In this document: positions 1 through 8,520 of the stretch, one piece after another | Numbering within the stretch: the stretch's first letter is position 1 | Layout: each line of letters opens with the position of its first letter | From: Candidatus Heimdallarchaeum endolithica | GTDB lineage: Archaea > Asgardarchaeota > Heimdallarchaeia > Heimdallarchaeales > Heimdallarchaeaceae | Assembly (NCBI GenBank): GCA_021513715.1 | Contig: CP084167.1 | Coordinates: forward strand, 1,130,571-1,194,570 | Reading direction: 5' to 3' | Length of the DNA stretch: 64,000 bases | The notes under the pieces: generated by a model | Seen by the model: the letters and a program-made list of their open reading frames with translations, nothing else | What the model was told of the DNA's origin: nothing | Database searches by the model: none | Program-made: the position numbers and the translations under genes

Positions 1-27
1 TCTACTTCATGACTAGTCATTGATGTA

Positions 28-639
28 TCACTTTGAGATTATTTCTAGAAATCTTTTTGCAGCTTCACCTTTCAAGACGATGTCACGTTCATGTTTCATA
101 TCACTTGAAACAAACCCTGAATTATCATCTACTTTTTCTACAGAATCTAAGTTTACTTTTTTAGTATCAAGATCTGCTTTAATAACAGAACGAACTGTAT
201 ATTTAGGATATTTTTCGTAAATTTCTTTTAACATTGATTTTAAAGATTGAGACTTACTTTTTTTCTTAATATCATCAATTACTTGTTTTTCTTTCTTAGG
301 GATTGTTTTCAAATATTTTTTAGCTTCAACTAAACCTTTTTTTGACAACTCATAATGATAATCTCCACTTTTATACAATATATTAATATGATTACTTTTA
401 ATCAGTTCGTTAACACAAACAGCAAAACGAGTACTATAAGGCCCAAAGTGATAAGGATAGAATTGAGCTGCCTTAAATACTTCAGGAGCTAACTGCTTGG
501 TAATCAAAAAGAATTCTTTAGTTATTCTAACTTTTCCTTTGATTGAACTATTGTTATCTGCAGCTAACATTAAATAGATCCATTTTTTTATCATTTTATT
601 TTCTTCTTCCGACATATTTTTTGTCGCTTTTTGATTCAT
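28..639 (-). CDS. Hypothetical protein with a possible winged-helix DNA-binding region. It is co-directional with and 28 bp downstream of the TGT-like gene.
   Basis: 203-aa ORF that is Lys-rich. The segment FAVCVNELIKSNHINILYKSGDYHYELSKKG resembles a wing or recognition helix. Confidence 0.45.
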   Translation of the reverse strand: MNQKATKNMSEEENKMIKKWIYLMLAADNNSSIKGKVRITKEFFLITKQLAPEVFKAAQFYPYHFGPYSTRFAVCVNELIKSNHINILYKSGDYHYELSKKGLVEAKKYLKTIPKKEKQVIDDIKKKSKSQSLKSMLKEIYEKYPKYTVRSVIKADLDTKKVNLDSVEKVDDNSGFVSSDMKHERDIVLKGEAAKRFLEIISK

Positions 640-667
640 TTATATCACCTTTTCTTGGATAAATATC

Positions 668-1903
668 TCAGAAGTAACTATCTAAAGGCGGATTAATAAA
701 CCTTTCAAGCTCAGGATATCTTTTAGATAGTTTGCGTCTATGTCGTTTTACTAATATTTTTTGTCTAAAATACTCTGAGATATCATTATCCCTAATATTT
801 TTTCTAATTGCCAACATTTCCTGGTTAAAACCATTATATTCATGCACTTGTAGAAGTGAGTTTTTATCATGTGTTGAGAGATAAATCCTAAAGGTATCTA
901 TATCTTTTGTCTTTTTACAAATGGGACAAGTACAAGAAAGTTCATGACCAATCCATTTAGTCCGCTCATTTATAGAAATGTAACCTAAAGCTAATTGCTC
1001 AAACAAAAACCGTTGACTACGCTTTATCTCTCTGACCTTTTGTTCTTCTATTTCCCTAGCAGTTGGTTCTAAAGATATATTCTCTGGTGTTGGCAATAAA
1101 CCATCCTTAATATTTTTCTTGCTGCTGCTATACCCATGTTTTTTTTTCAAGGAAATAGTATCAACACTTGTCAAAGGTGCCAAATGCAGTTGGGACACAT
1201 TCTTATATTTTTTGGATAAGTCAAACAGATGAATCCAAATCGGATTATCTGATTGTGTAATCAGATTTGTTGATTTGTGCAAAGTAACTGGAAAATGTGG
1301 TCCGTGTGCTCTTAATCCAATGGATGGAACTTGCTTATCTATTAACCACGAAATTTTCTTTTCCACATCCAATAAAGGCTGAGCAAGTGAAACAGTAGGC
1401 ATAAATAGTTCCGATGTTCCAACTTCTTGTGAAACCTTAGCCTCATAGAGAGATGCGTCCATAGAATCAATCCAAAAGTTATTATATGAACAAGTAGGAT
1501 CAGGTATTGTTATAATAGAAAATTTGTTCATATCAGACTGCAACCTAACAATTTGACATAATTCATATTTGCTAATTTCATTTCCAGCCTTCAAACGAAA
1601 TTGAACAAAATTCATCCGATCAGATTTAGTCAAGTTATCTAGCTTGTTACATAATTTTTCTATTTCATCGGAGTTTTCAAATATTTTTTGCGCAGTTAAT
1701 CTATCAGGTATATGATCACTAATTAATTCATTCAGTTTTGGGTTAGGCTCACGACTCCCAACAAGATTATACCCTGTAGTAAGTCGTCTAGTTTCAATAT
1801 ATGTCATTATATAATTTGGTGTTTCTATTTCTACATTGCCAAGCTTCAACTTTGATTGCCTTAAGGATGCAATTGTATTTTTAACTTCAAAATTAAATGA
1901 CAT
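668..1903 (-). CDS. tRNA-guanine transglycosylase (TGT)-fold protein. It could be a DpdA-like or ArcTGT-like paralog.
   Basis: The N-terminus (LRQSKLKLGNVEIETPNYIMTYIE) fits the TGT start pattern. The C-terminal CTCPICKK with His 25 residues downstream matches the TGT zinc motif CxCxxC-x25-H. No canonical DSGGFQ motif was seen. Confidence 0.5.
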   Translation of the reverse strand: MSFNFEVKNTIASLRQSKLKLGNVEIETPNYIMTYIETRRLTTGYNLVGSREPNPKLNELISDHIPDRLTAQKIFENSDEIEKLCNKLDNLTKSDRMNFVQFRLKAGNEISKYELCQIVRLQSDMNKFSIITIPDPTCSYNNFWIDSMDASLYEAKVSQEVGTSELFMPTVSLAQPLLDVEKKISWLIDKQVPSIGLRAHGPHFPVTLHKSTNLITQSDNPIWIHLFDLSKKYKNVSQLHLAPLTSVDTISLKKKHGYSSSKKNIKDGLLPTPENISLEPTAREIEEQKVREIKRSQRFLFEQLALGYISINERTKWIGHELSCTCPICKKTKDIDTFRIYLSTHDKNSLLQVHEYNGFNQEMLAIRKNIRDNDISEYFRQKILVKRHRRKLSKRYPELERFINPPLDSYF

Positions 1904-2199
1904 ATATTTCCCTTTTACTCACAATTTTTTTATGTTTATTTACTCCTCCTTATAGTTAAATAGAAGGATTTAATTATTCTTTTTTCTTTAATTATCATGT
2001 TTTAAAACCAATTAAGAGTTTTTAATATAAAATAGTTTCTCATTTTAAAGAGCAGATGCTCGATTTTTATTGTATTACGATAATAGTTGCCATTAAATAT
2101 TTAATTATTAACCATCAGTGCTATTTAATGAATGATAATAATGAAAAAATTGCATTACAAGAAATAGATATAAAAGATATCAAAAGGCAATTAATATGA

Positions 2200-3096
2200 C
2201 AATTAAAATATGGATCACAGTATGAGATCCCACCAGAAAAGAGAGATTTAATATCAGCTTTAGGACTGTTAGATACTGCTGAAGAGGATTTAAGAGCTTC
2301 AAAAATTCTATACCACAAGAAACTATATGCACAGTCTATTTTCTTCCTCCAACAATCTGTTGAGAAATTAGGAAAATCACTACTTCTACTTACTGGACTG
2401 TGTCAAACTGAACGGCTTATAAAAGTTGGACATACTTTTACTAAATTCTTCTTCGAAAAACTAAAAGATCTCTATGAATCTTTAGCTGATTATTCTAATG
2501 ATAACCAAAGAGAAGGATTTTTAAGCATTATAGAAGCAATTGACAAATATTTGAGTGATTATGAGCAAAAAAGGAAATCAGAAGAAACTCTGTATCTTGA
2601 ACACACTACATTAAAGGAAATATTAATTAAATACAACAAGCTGTTTTCATTATTTTGGAAAGGAATAAAATCCATAAGAAAAGAAAATTTTGATAAAATT
2701 GTGAAAGAAGAGTTCATTAGCATAACAGACTATGTCATTCAAACAATCGAACAAGAATATAATATCAAATTGCAAACTGATGAGCGAAGAATGTTGAGAG
2801 AAGAATTTATCACACAAATTCAGAAAGAAGATTGGTTAGTAAAAATAGAAAGTTATCTTTATCTTATACTACTGTTTGCATATATAGTTATTTTAAGCAT
2901 GAATTTGGAAAAACATGTTAGTGCTTCGCGTTATCCTAATTATCATTCAGATTATAAATATACAAAGAATCATAGTATTATGCGTCTTTACCCAATAATG
3001 TTAAAAACTATGAGAGAGATGATAAAAACGTATGATATACTTCTAGAACTATGTATTGTAGAAAACAATGAAAATAATAAATGTGAAAAAGCATAA
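2200..3096 (+). pseudogene. HEPN-domain protein whose start is unclear or frameshifted.
   Basis: The reading frame of 2551-3096 stays open upstream to a TGA at 2197-2199 with no in-frame start codon. That upstream part encodes a HEPN-like helix pair (LRASKILYHKKLYAQSIFFLQQSVEKLGKSLLLL) and the downstream part carries a SRYPNYHSDY motif. An ATG at 2196 lies in a different frame (MTIKIWITV then stop), and a poly-A run lies between the two frames. Confidence 0.4.
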
Positions 3097-3522
3097 AATT
3101 ACTCTGTCTTGTAGTTTAAAGAGTTCCAAGAATAATAATCATTTTCTTGAGCATTTGCTCGAAAATAATTAATTAGTATCTCTCAAGAAGTTAATCACTA
3201 GGATTTCTCCATCAATCGACTTCTTTCAATTATGTATTACCGAACTTTTTAGGAGATTTTTGTCGTCTTAATAATAGGAAATTATGTACTATTTACAAAA
3301 ATAAGCAAATGAAGATAGTTTGTTTAAAGAAATGAGTTCATATAGATAACTATATTTGAGAGATAAGATGTAATGTCAAGAATATGGAAGATTATACTTA
3401 TTGCATAATCAATGACAGAGGAGCTATTATTACTTTAATCACAAACTTTTTTTAAACATTACAACTAGCTATTATCTACGTGGGATAAAAAAATTAGAAA
3501 GGAATACTAGAATTGTTTGATT

Positions 3523-5115
3523 TTAAATAATTTTTAATTTGTTTTTTTTAGAATCCAGAGTAGATAATGTAAAGATTTCTAGTGCTAGAAGAAACATTAA
3601 CACTCCTGTTGTCAAAGAAATTATCCTCAAAATTTGTTGTGGAATAGCAAAATAGAAAGAAAGCGTTTGACACCATAAAAGAGATAGGAATGATAGCGGA
3701 AAAAGGATGAAAATAAAGTTTGAGGGATTATTGTTATTAGCAATCTTTTTCTTTTGCTTACTATAGAGTGTAAAGAAAGCAGATGTAAGTAAATAAGTTA
3801 AAATTGGAAGCAAGATCAAGTTTATTGACACTTTTACGAAAGATATACTTAAAATGATAAGAGAAGAAAGAAGCAGGTTTGTAGCAATAGAATCATATCT
3901 AAAAGTTACTTCATTACTTGAAAACCCTAGTGAGTAAAAACCAGAACCTAATAAATAAAATAACGCAAAATAAATAACATTAATTAAAACATAGATAATT
4001 GTAGAGTAACTTGTTTTTATAATGTCACGGTAAACAATTTCTGTTTTAAAAAGTGGATAAAAGATAAAATTAATCATTATTGCAGATGAAATAGCAAAAA
4101 TTCCAAACCATCTAAAAGCTTTCAAATGAACACTTTTGTAATTATTATAAGTGCCTTTCCAAGATATCTCTGATAATATTTGATTTCTTTTCATTTTAAA
4201 TTTAAGAATAAGACGTTCATTTTTATCTCCTTTATTTTCTATTCTCTTTTTTATTATTGTAGAAACTATTATTATTGATAAAAGGCAGAATAGAGAGAGA
4301 TAAGTTAAACTTTCTGGAAACAAAATTGGGAAAATATCAATATTATCTGGTAAAAAATCTTCATCTGTATCTCTATTCAAAGGATCTGTGTTTTTTTTAA
4401 ATTCTTCTAGGTTTGTTAACCCATCACCATCAATATCTTCATTTTGGTCTCCGATATTATTATTATCTGAATCTTGAAGTAATGGATCTGTTTTTGTAGC
4501 AGATATTTCATAGCCATCTATAAGAAAATCTCCATCTGTATCCTTTTTTTCTGGGTCTGTCCCAATAATTTTTTCAGAGAAAGTAGAAATAGTATCTCCA
4601 TCTTTATCTATTGTAAAACTGTTTCCAGAATTGAAGAAATTACCACCATCTCCCTGCCAATAGATCCTGTAACTTGTTTTCAAGGAATTAGTAATTGTAT
4701 AACAAAAAACGTTTCCACTTTTGGAACCATATATCATCTCAAAACTGCCATCATTATCCAAATCACCAACAGTGATAGAAGTTTCTATTTCTTCATTTTG
4801 ATTATAAATAGAGATTAAATTTCCCTTTCTTCCTCCAACAATATACACATTTTTACCATTAAGTAGGACATCTAGTTCGTTATCCCCATCAACGTCTGCC
4901 AATGTTGGAGCAGTTCCCCCTAGTATTAGTTCTGTCTTGAGTGTCCAGAGGATTGTCCTAGTTCTTCCATTAAATGCATAGTAATAAGAATCAGAAGACC
5001 CTATAACTATATCCAGATAGCCATCATTGTTAAGATCTCCTAGAGCTGGAGATGCTCTTATTGATCCCCCAGTTTTAAATTTCCATTTTATTTTTCCTGT
5101 GTCACCATCAATCAT
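3523..5115 (-). CDS. C-terminal part of a surface or membrane protein. It carries FG-GAP/beta-propeller repeats, thrombospondin-type-3-like Asp-rich calcium-binding repeats and a polytopic membrane domain with about 8 TM segments.
   Basis: DLNNDGYLDIVIG and DLDNDGSFEMIYG repeats. Runs of the DTDGDG, DSDNNNIGD and DIDGDG kind. Many hydrophobic segments at the C-terminus. Confidence 0.6.
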   Translation of the reverse strand: MIDGDTGKIKWKFKTGGSIRASPALGDLNNDGYLDIVIGSSDSYYYAFNGRTRTILWTLKTELILGGTAPTLADVDGDNELDVLLNGKNVYIVGGRKGNLISIYNQNEEIETSITVGDLDNDGSFEMIYGSKSGNVFCYTITNSLKTSYRIYWQGDGGNFFNSGNSFTIDKDGDTISTFSEKIIGTDPEKKDTDGDFLIDGYEISATKTDPLLQDSDNNNIGDQNEDIDGDGLTNLEEFKKNTDPLNRDTDEDFLPDNIDIFPILFPESLTYLSLFCLLSIIIVSTIIKKRIENKGDKNERLILKFKMKRNQILSEISWKGTYNNYKSVHLKAFRWFGIFAISSAIMINFIFYPLFKTEIVYRDIIKTSYSTIIYVLINVIYFALFYLLGSGFYSLGFSSNEVTFRYDSIATNLLLSSLIILSISFVKVSINLILLPILTYLLTSAFFTLYSKQKKKIANNNNPSNFIFILFPLSFLSLLWCQTLSFYFAIPQQILRIISLTTGVLMFLLALEIFTLSTLDSKKNKLKII

Positions 5116-5138
5116 ATAGATGTTTCTATCATTAGAAC

Positions 5139-5927
5139 CTATATTATTTCCAGTGTGCTATCACCATCAACATCTCCAATTGCAGCAGGAGCAGTGACGA
5201 AGAAATTTGTTTCAAATTCCAAGATTTTGGAACCATTATAACCATTAAAAGCAAAGATTGATTGTCCACACCCAACTATAATATCGGAAATACCATCATG
5301 ATTAATATCTCCTAAACTAGACGATGTAAAAAAACTCTTCATAAAAAACAGTTTATTTTCCCATAGAAGTGTACCATCCTTTCCATCTAATACATATAAT
5401 AAACCATAAGTAGTTGTTACAATGATGTCATTATCTTGATCATTATCGATATCAGTAATCGAAAGTCCCCCTTCAATAGATATAGATCCCCCTTCTTCAT
5501 AATTGAATCTCCAAATCAGAGAACCATCTACACTTGATAAAACGTAAATAGAACCATCTCGTGTCCCAATTATAACTTCAAACGTACCATTATTATCAAT
5601 GTTAGCTATAAGAGGTCTCATTAAAATTTCAGAATTGTAGTAATATTTTCTTATATTAAAATCCCATAATACAGTACCTTTTTTACCCTCAATACAATAA
5701 AGAACTCCATCTATAGAACCCACTAAAACATCAGTATAACCATTATTATTTACATCTAGTAGAGAGGATGTTGAATCTATTCCAGCGCCAGTATGATAAA
5801 CCCAAAATGGGTTGTTTTCATCATTTTTTGAAGGTAAAGCAGGGATTAATATTAGTGATATAAAAAAGAAGTTAACCAGAATCAAAGTAGTTAATAGGAT
5901 TTCCACAGAGTATTTTTGAAATCTCAT
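5139..5927 (-). CDS. N-terminal part of the same FG-GAP beta-propeller protein, with a signal or TM segment. It is out of frame with 3523-5115.
   Basis: N-terminal hydrophobic segment. Repeats DVNNNGYTDVLVGS, NIDNNGTFEVIIGT and DINHDGISDIIVG. Read across the junction at about 5141-5156 with a 1-nt shift, the protein is ...DGDSTLEI/IGSNDRNIYMIDGDTGKIKW. Confidence 0.6.
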   Translation of the reverse strand: MRFQKYSVEILLTTLILVNFFFISLILIPALPSKNDENNPFWVYHTGAGIDSTSSLLDVNNNGYTDVLVGSIDGVLYCIEGKKGTVLWDFNIRKYYYNSEILMRPLIANIDNNGTFEVIIGTRDGSIYVLSSVDGSLIWRFNYEEGGSISIEGGLSITDIDNDQDNDIIVTTTYGLLYVLDGKDGTLLWENKLFFMKSFFTSSSLGDINHDGISDIIVGCGQSIFAFNGYNGSKILEFETNFFVTAPAAIGDVDGDSTLEII

Positions 5928-6194
5928 CCATATTTTGTAATTCTACAAATTATAAATATGTTATTGCTTAAAATAGTGCTTATTTAAATCTATTTTTCTT
6001 ATCAACCCTCTTAGTTGTTGTTATTTTTTTCTCTCTCATCTCTTTTTGTAATCTTTCTTTCAAAAGAAACATATTTTGGGACTAATTAACAAATAATCCA
6101 TCTATCAACCATTTTTGCTTAACACAAACATAAATGAATAATGATATAATATTAATAAAAAAGTAAAAAATAGTTTTTATTTTATTTCATTTAA

Positions 6195-6938
6195 TTATAA
6201 CTTAAGCATCTTTACAAACCATTTTGGCATGATTAGTCCTAAATAACCTATTATTGATCCTATAACTAAAAGTGCCCATCCAATGTAGTATGCAGGAGAG
6301 TATCCCCTTGAAAATGCATCTACATAAGCTACAAGAATAGAATCTAATGTAAATGAAACAAACAATAGAATCATAAATATTGCGTAGGTACCAATTAAGG
6401 CAAAACCTATTTTTGCTATTTTCTTTTTATTCATTTTAGCTTCTCTTAAAGACACAATTGCTAGTATTAGGAATATTAATACTGAAAGTATTAAATGGTA
6501 AGTAACTATTAACACATGTGATCTCATGTTTCCCCATTCAAAATTTAATATAGGAACAATCAAACCTATTGTTATTCCACTTAATATAGCAAACAGTGCT
6601 ACAAAATCTACTCCTTTTTGAATAAATATAGAGTCTATAAATGAAGCAATAAATACGTTTGCTATTGCCATTAAAACATATGCAAATAAGGTTGTAAAGT
6701 CAGTATATGAGAATTGAGTATAGGGGACTGAAGAGAAATAACCTAACCATCGGCCGATACAACTTGTTAAAGTTGCAAGGTTGTAAAAAAGATATGCTAA
6801 AGCCAGATATAATACAGGTTTTTTTCTTTTTGCAAAAAACCTTGCAAAAACTGTTACTACCATAAAACTTAGTGCTATAACAACCACTAGTTCAAAGATT
6901 ATAGAGCTTATTGGGATTTTATTTTGCCAGACAACCAT
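6195..6938 (-). CDS. Polytopic membrane protein with about 7 TM segments and unknown function.
   Basis: Seven hydrophobic segments. Confidence 0.5.
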   Translation of the reverse strand: MVVWQNKIPISSIIFELVVVIALSFMVVTVFARFFAKRKKPVLYLALAYLFYNLATLTSCIGRWLGYFSSVPYTQFSYTDFTTLFAYVLMAIANVFIASFIDSIFIQKGVDFVALFAILSGITIGLIVPILNFEWGNMRSHVLIVTYHLILSVLIFLILAIVSLREAKMNKKKIAKIGFALIGTYAIFMILLFVSFTLDSILVAYVDAFSRGYSPAYYIGWALLVIGSIIGYLGLIMPKWFVKMLKL

Positions 6939-6954
6939 TTTTACTTTTCACCTT

Positions 6955-7425
6955 TTACCATAATGAATCCTTTATTCTTTTTGTTGCTTCTCTCTCGCTA
7001 ATATAGTCTTCCCAGTTATTAACTATTTCCCTTATTTTTTTGGAAATTACTTCTTTTGTTTCACCACCAATTGCGCTAAAATCTTCAACTTCTTGATCAA
7101 AAGAAATTAGGGTCTGAATTTCATCTATTAGTTTATTCATTTCGTTTCTATCTATAGGTTCTTGGTTTTTTACTACAGCTATTGCAAATTTTTCTGTTAC
7201 ATTCATGAAAATTTCATTTTTTTCTGTATCAAAGAATGATGGAACACCTACATCAATTTCAGCCATGGCTACTTGAATTGCAGATATTATTCCAGAAAAT
7301 AAAGTCACTGCATCCACATCATCTTCTTGTGATACAAAATCTACATAAAGTAATGGTAATCCTGTTCGGGAAATAATATAGACTGTTTCAATCACTTTTC
7401 TTCTTCCTTTATTTTTCTTTGCCAC
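6955..7425 (-). CDS. Roadblock/LC7 (MglB-like) domain protein.
   Basis: The motif IISRTGLPLLYVDF and the overall 156-aa alpha/beta pattern are typical of Roadblock/LC7. Confidence 0.55.
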   Translation of the reverse strand: MAKKNKGRRKVIETVYIISRTGLPLLYVDFVSQEDDVDAVTLFSGIISAIQVAMAEIDVGVPSFFDTEKNEIFMNVTEKFAIAVVKNQEPIDRNEMNKLIDEIQTLISFDQEVEDFSAIGGETKEVISKKIREIVNNWEDYISEREATKRIKDSLW

Positions 7426-7485
7426 TTTAATAAAAATTCACACAAATAAAAAACTTTTCAATTTATCGTTATATTAATAAAGCGA

Positions 7486-7527
7486 TTATTATTATTATTA
7501 GTAGTAGTAGTAATAGTAGTATTAGTA
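7486..7527. repeat. Trinucleotide microsatellite of the form (ATT)5 then (AGT)n, in a divergent promoter region.
   Basis: attattattattatta followed by gtagtagtagtaatagtagtattagta. Confidence 0.8.
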
Positions 7528-7727
7528 TCGTGTGTAGAACATTATTTTTTTGAAAGGTTTTTTGATTTTCTTTTTAGAGGTAGTACTTCCGCAATAAGTT
7601 GACCGATTTCTATAGGTTAAAATTATAGGAGTTCATACTATCATTGTCGTGTTCTCAATTCATACTTTTTGAGATAATTCGGAAGTACTATTAGAGGGGA
7701 GAAAAAAATAAAAACAACTTTAAATTT

Positions 7728-8240
7728 TTGAAACAGATGAACAATGAGAATTATCTAATCGAACAGTATAAGATGGAAGAAAAAGAGCACAAAAAAATAG
7801 CTGACTTACTTTCTGAATCTTTCTTATCAGACCCTGCAGCTATTGATGAAGGAGCTTCTATTCTCTTTTCTGACAAAACGATAAAGTTAATTTTTGGTTC
7901 TCTAACTGTCAAGAAAAACTATTTTGTTAGAGCTGTTTACAAGAAAACAAATGAAATTGTAGGATTTTTGGGATTAATTCCTAGAGACTTCAGAATAAAG
8001 AAACAAACGTACAATTTCGCTATTCCTGCCTGGTTAGCTGTTCACCATCAACATAGAAGAAAGGGTTTAGCAAAAATGATGGGAGAAAAGATGTTAGAAA
8101 TCGCACAAAAAGAATCTTTTGATGGAGGTTTTGCTTTATTTGAACCAGAGCAACATGATTTACTTTTTGCGAAGTTTGTCGAACTTAGTCTTTCAAGAAA
8201 AAAACAAAGAAAGAGAATTGTCAGTTTCTTGAGAACTTAA
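7728..8240 (+). CDS. GNAT-family N-acetyltransferase.
   Basis: VGFLGL ... AVHHQHRRKGLAKMM resembles the GNAT acetyl-CoA binding motif (Q/RxxGxG/A). Confidence 0.55.
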   Translation: MKQMNNENYLIEQYKMEEKEHKKIADLLSESFLSDPAAIDEGASILFSDKTIKLIFGSLTVKKNYFVRAVYKKTNEIVGFLGLIPRDFRIKKQTYNFAIPAWLAVHHQHRRKGLAKMMGEKMLEIAQKESFDGGFALFEPEQHDLLFAKFVELSLSRKKQRKRIVSFLRT

Positions 8241-8244
8241 TCCT

Positions 8245-8520
8245 AACATACAATGAAAGAAGAAGGATTAAGGCAGACGTCATACACGAATCGTGGGAAT
8301 CATAAAGAAGAAAAGAGTTGTAAGCTCTTTCTTCACTCCACGAGAGACAAAAAAGAAACAATTATCCCTAAAATAGAGAAATTATTTTTCTTTTTGTCTA
8401 CTGGGACTGCAACCAATGGCTGAGTCCTCGGCAAACAGTGTAGTGAGTAAGACTGAATTTTTGACCAGTAAAATAATCAGTAATAGTTGTAGTACGGGGA
8501 CGAAAAAGATGACTAAGGAA
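8245..8520 (-). ncRNA. Predicted omega-RNA (reRNA) overlapping the 3' end of tnpB plus the right-end region. This is a positional prediction only.
   Basis: TnpB guide RNAs are normally encoded from the last 100-150 nt of the tnpB ORF into the IS right end. This stretch is relatively GC-rich (ctgggactgcaaccaatggctgagtcctcggc). Confidence 0.25.

Noticed and set aside
2121-2318. 65-aa minus-strand ORF.
   Set aside because: It overlaps the upstream in-frame HEPN coding region and has no features.
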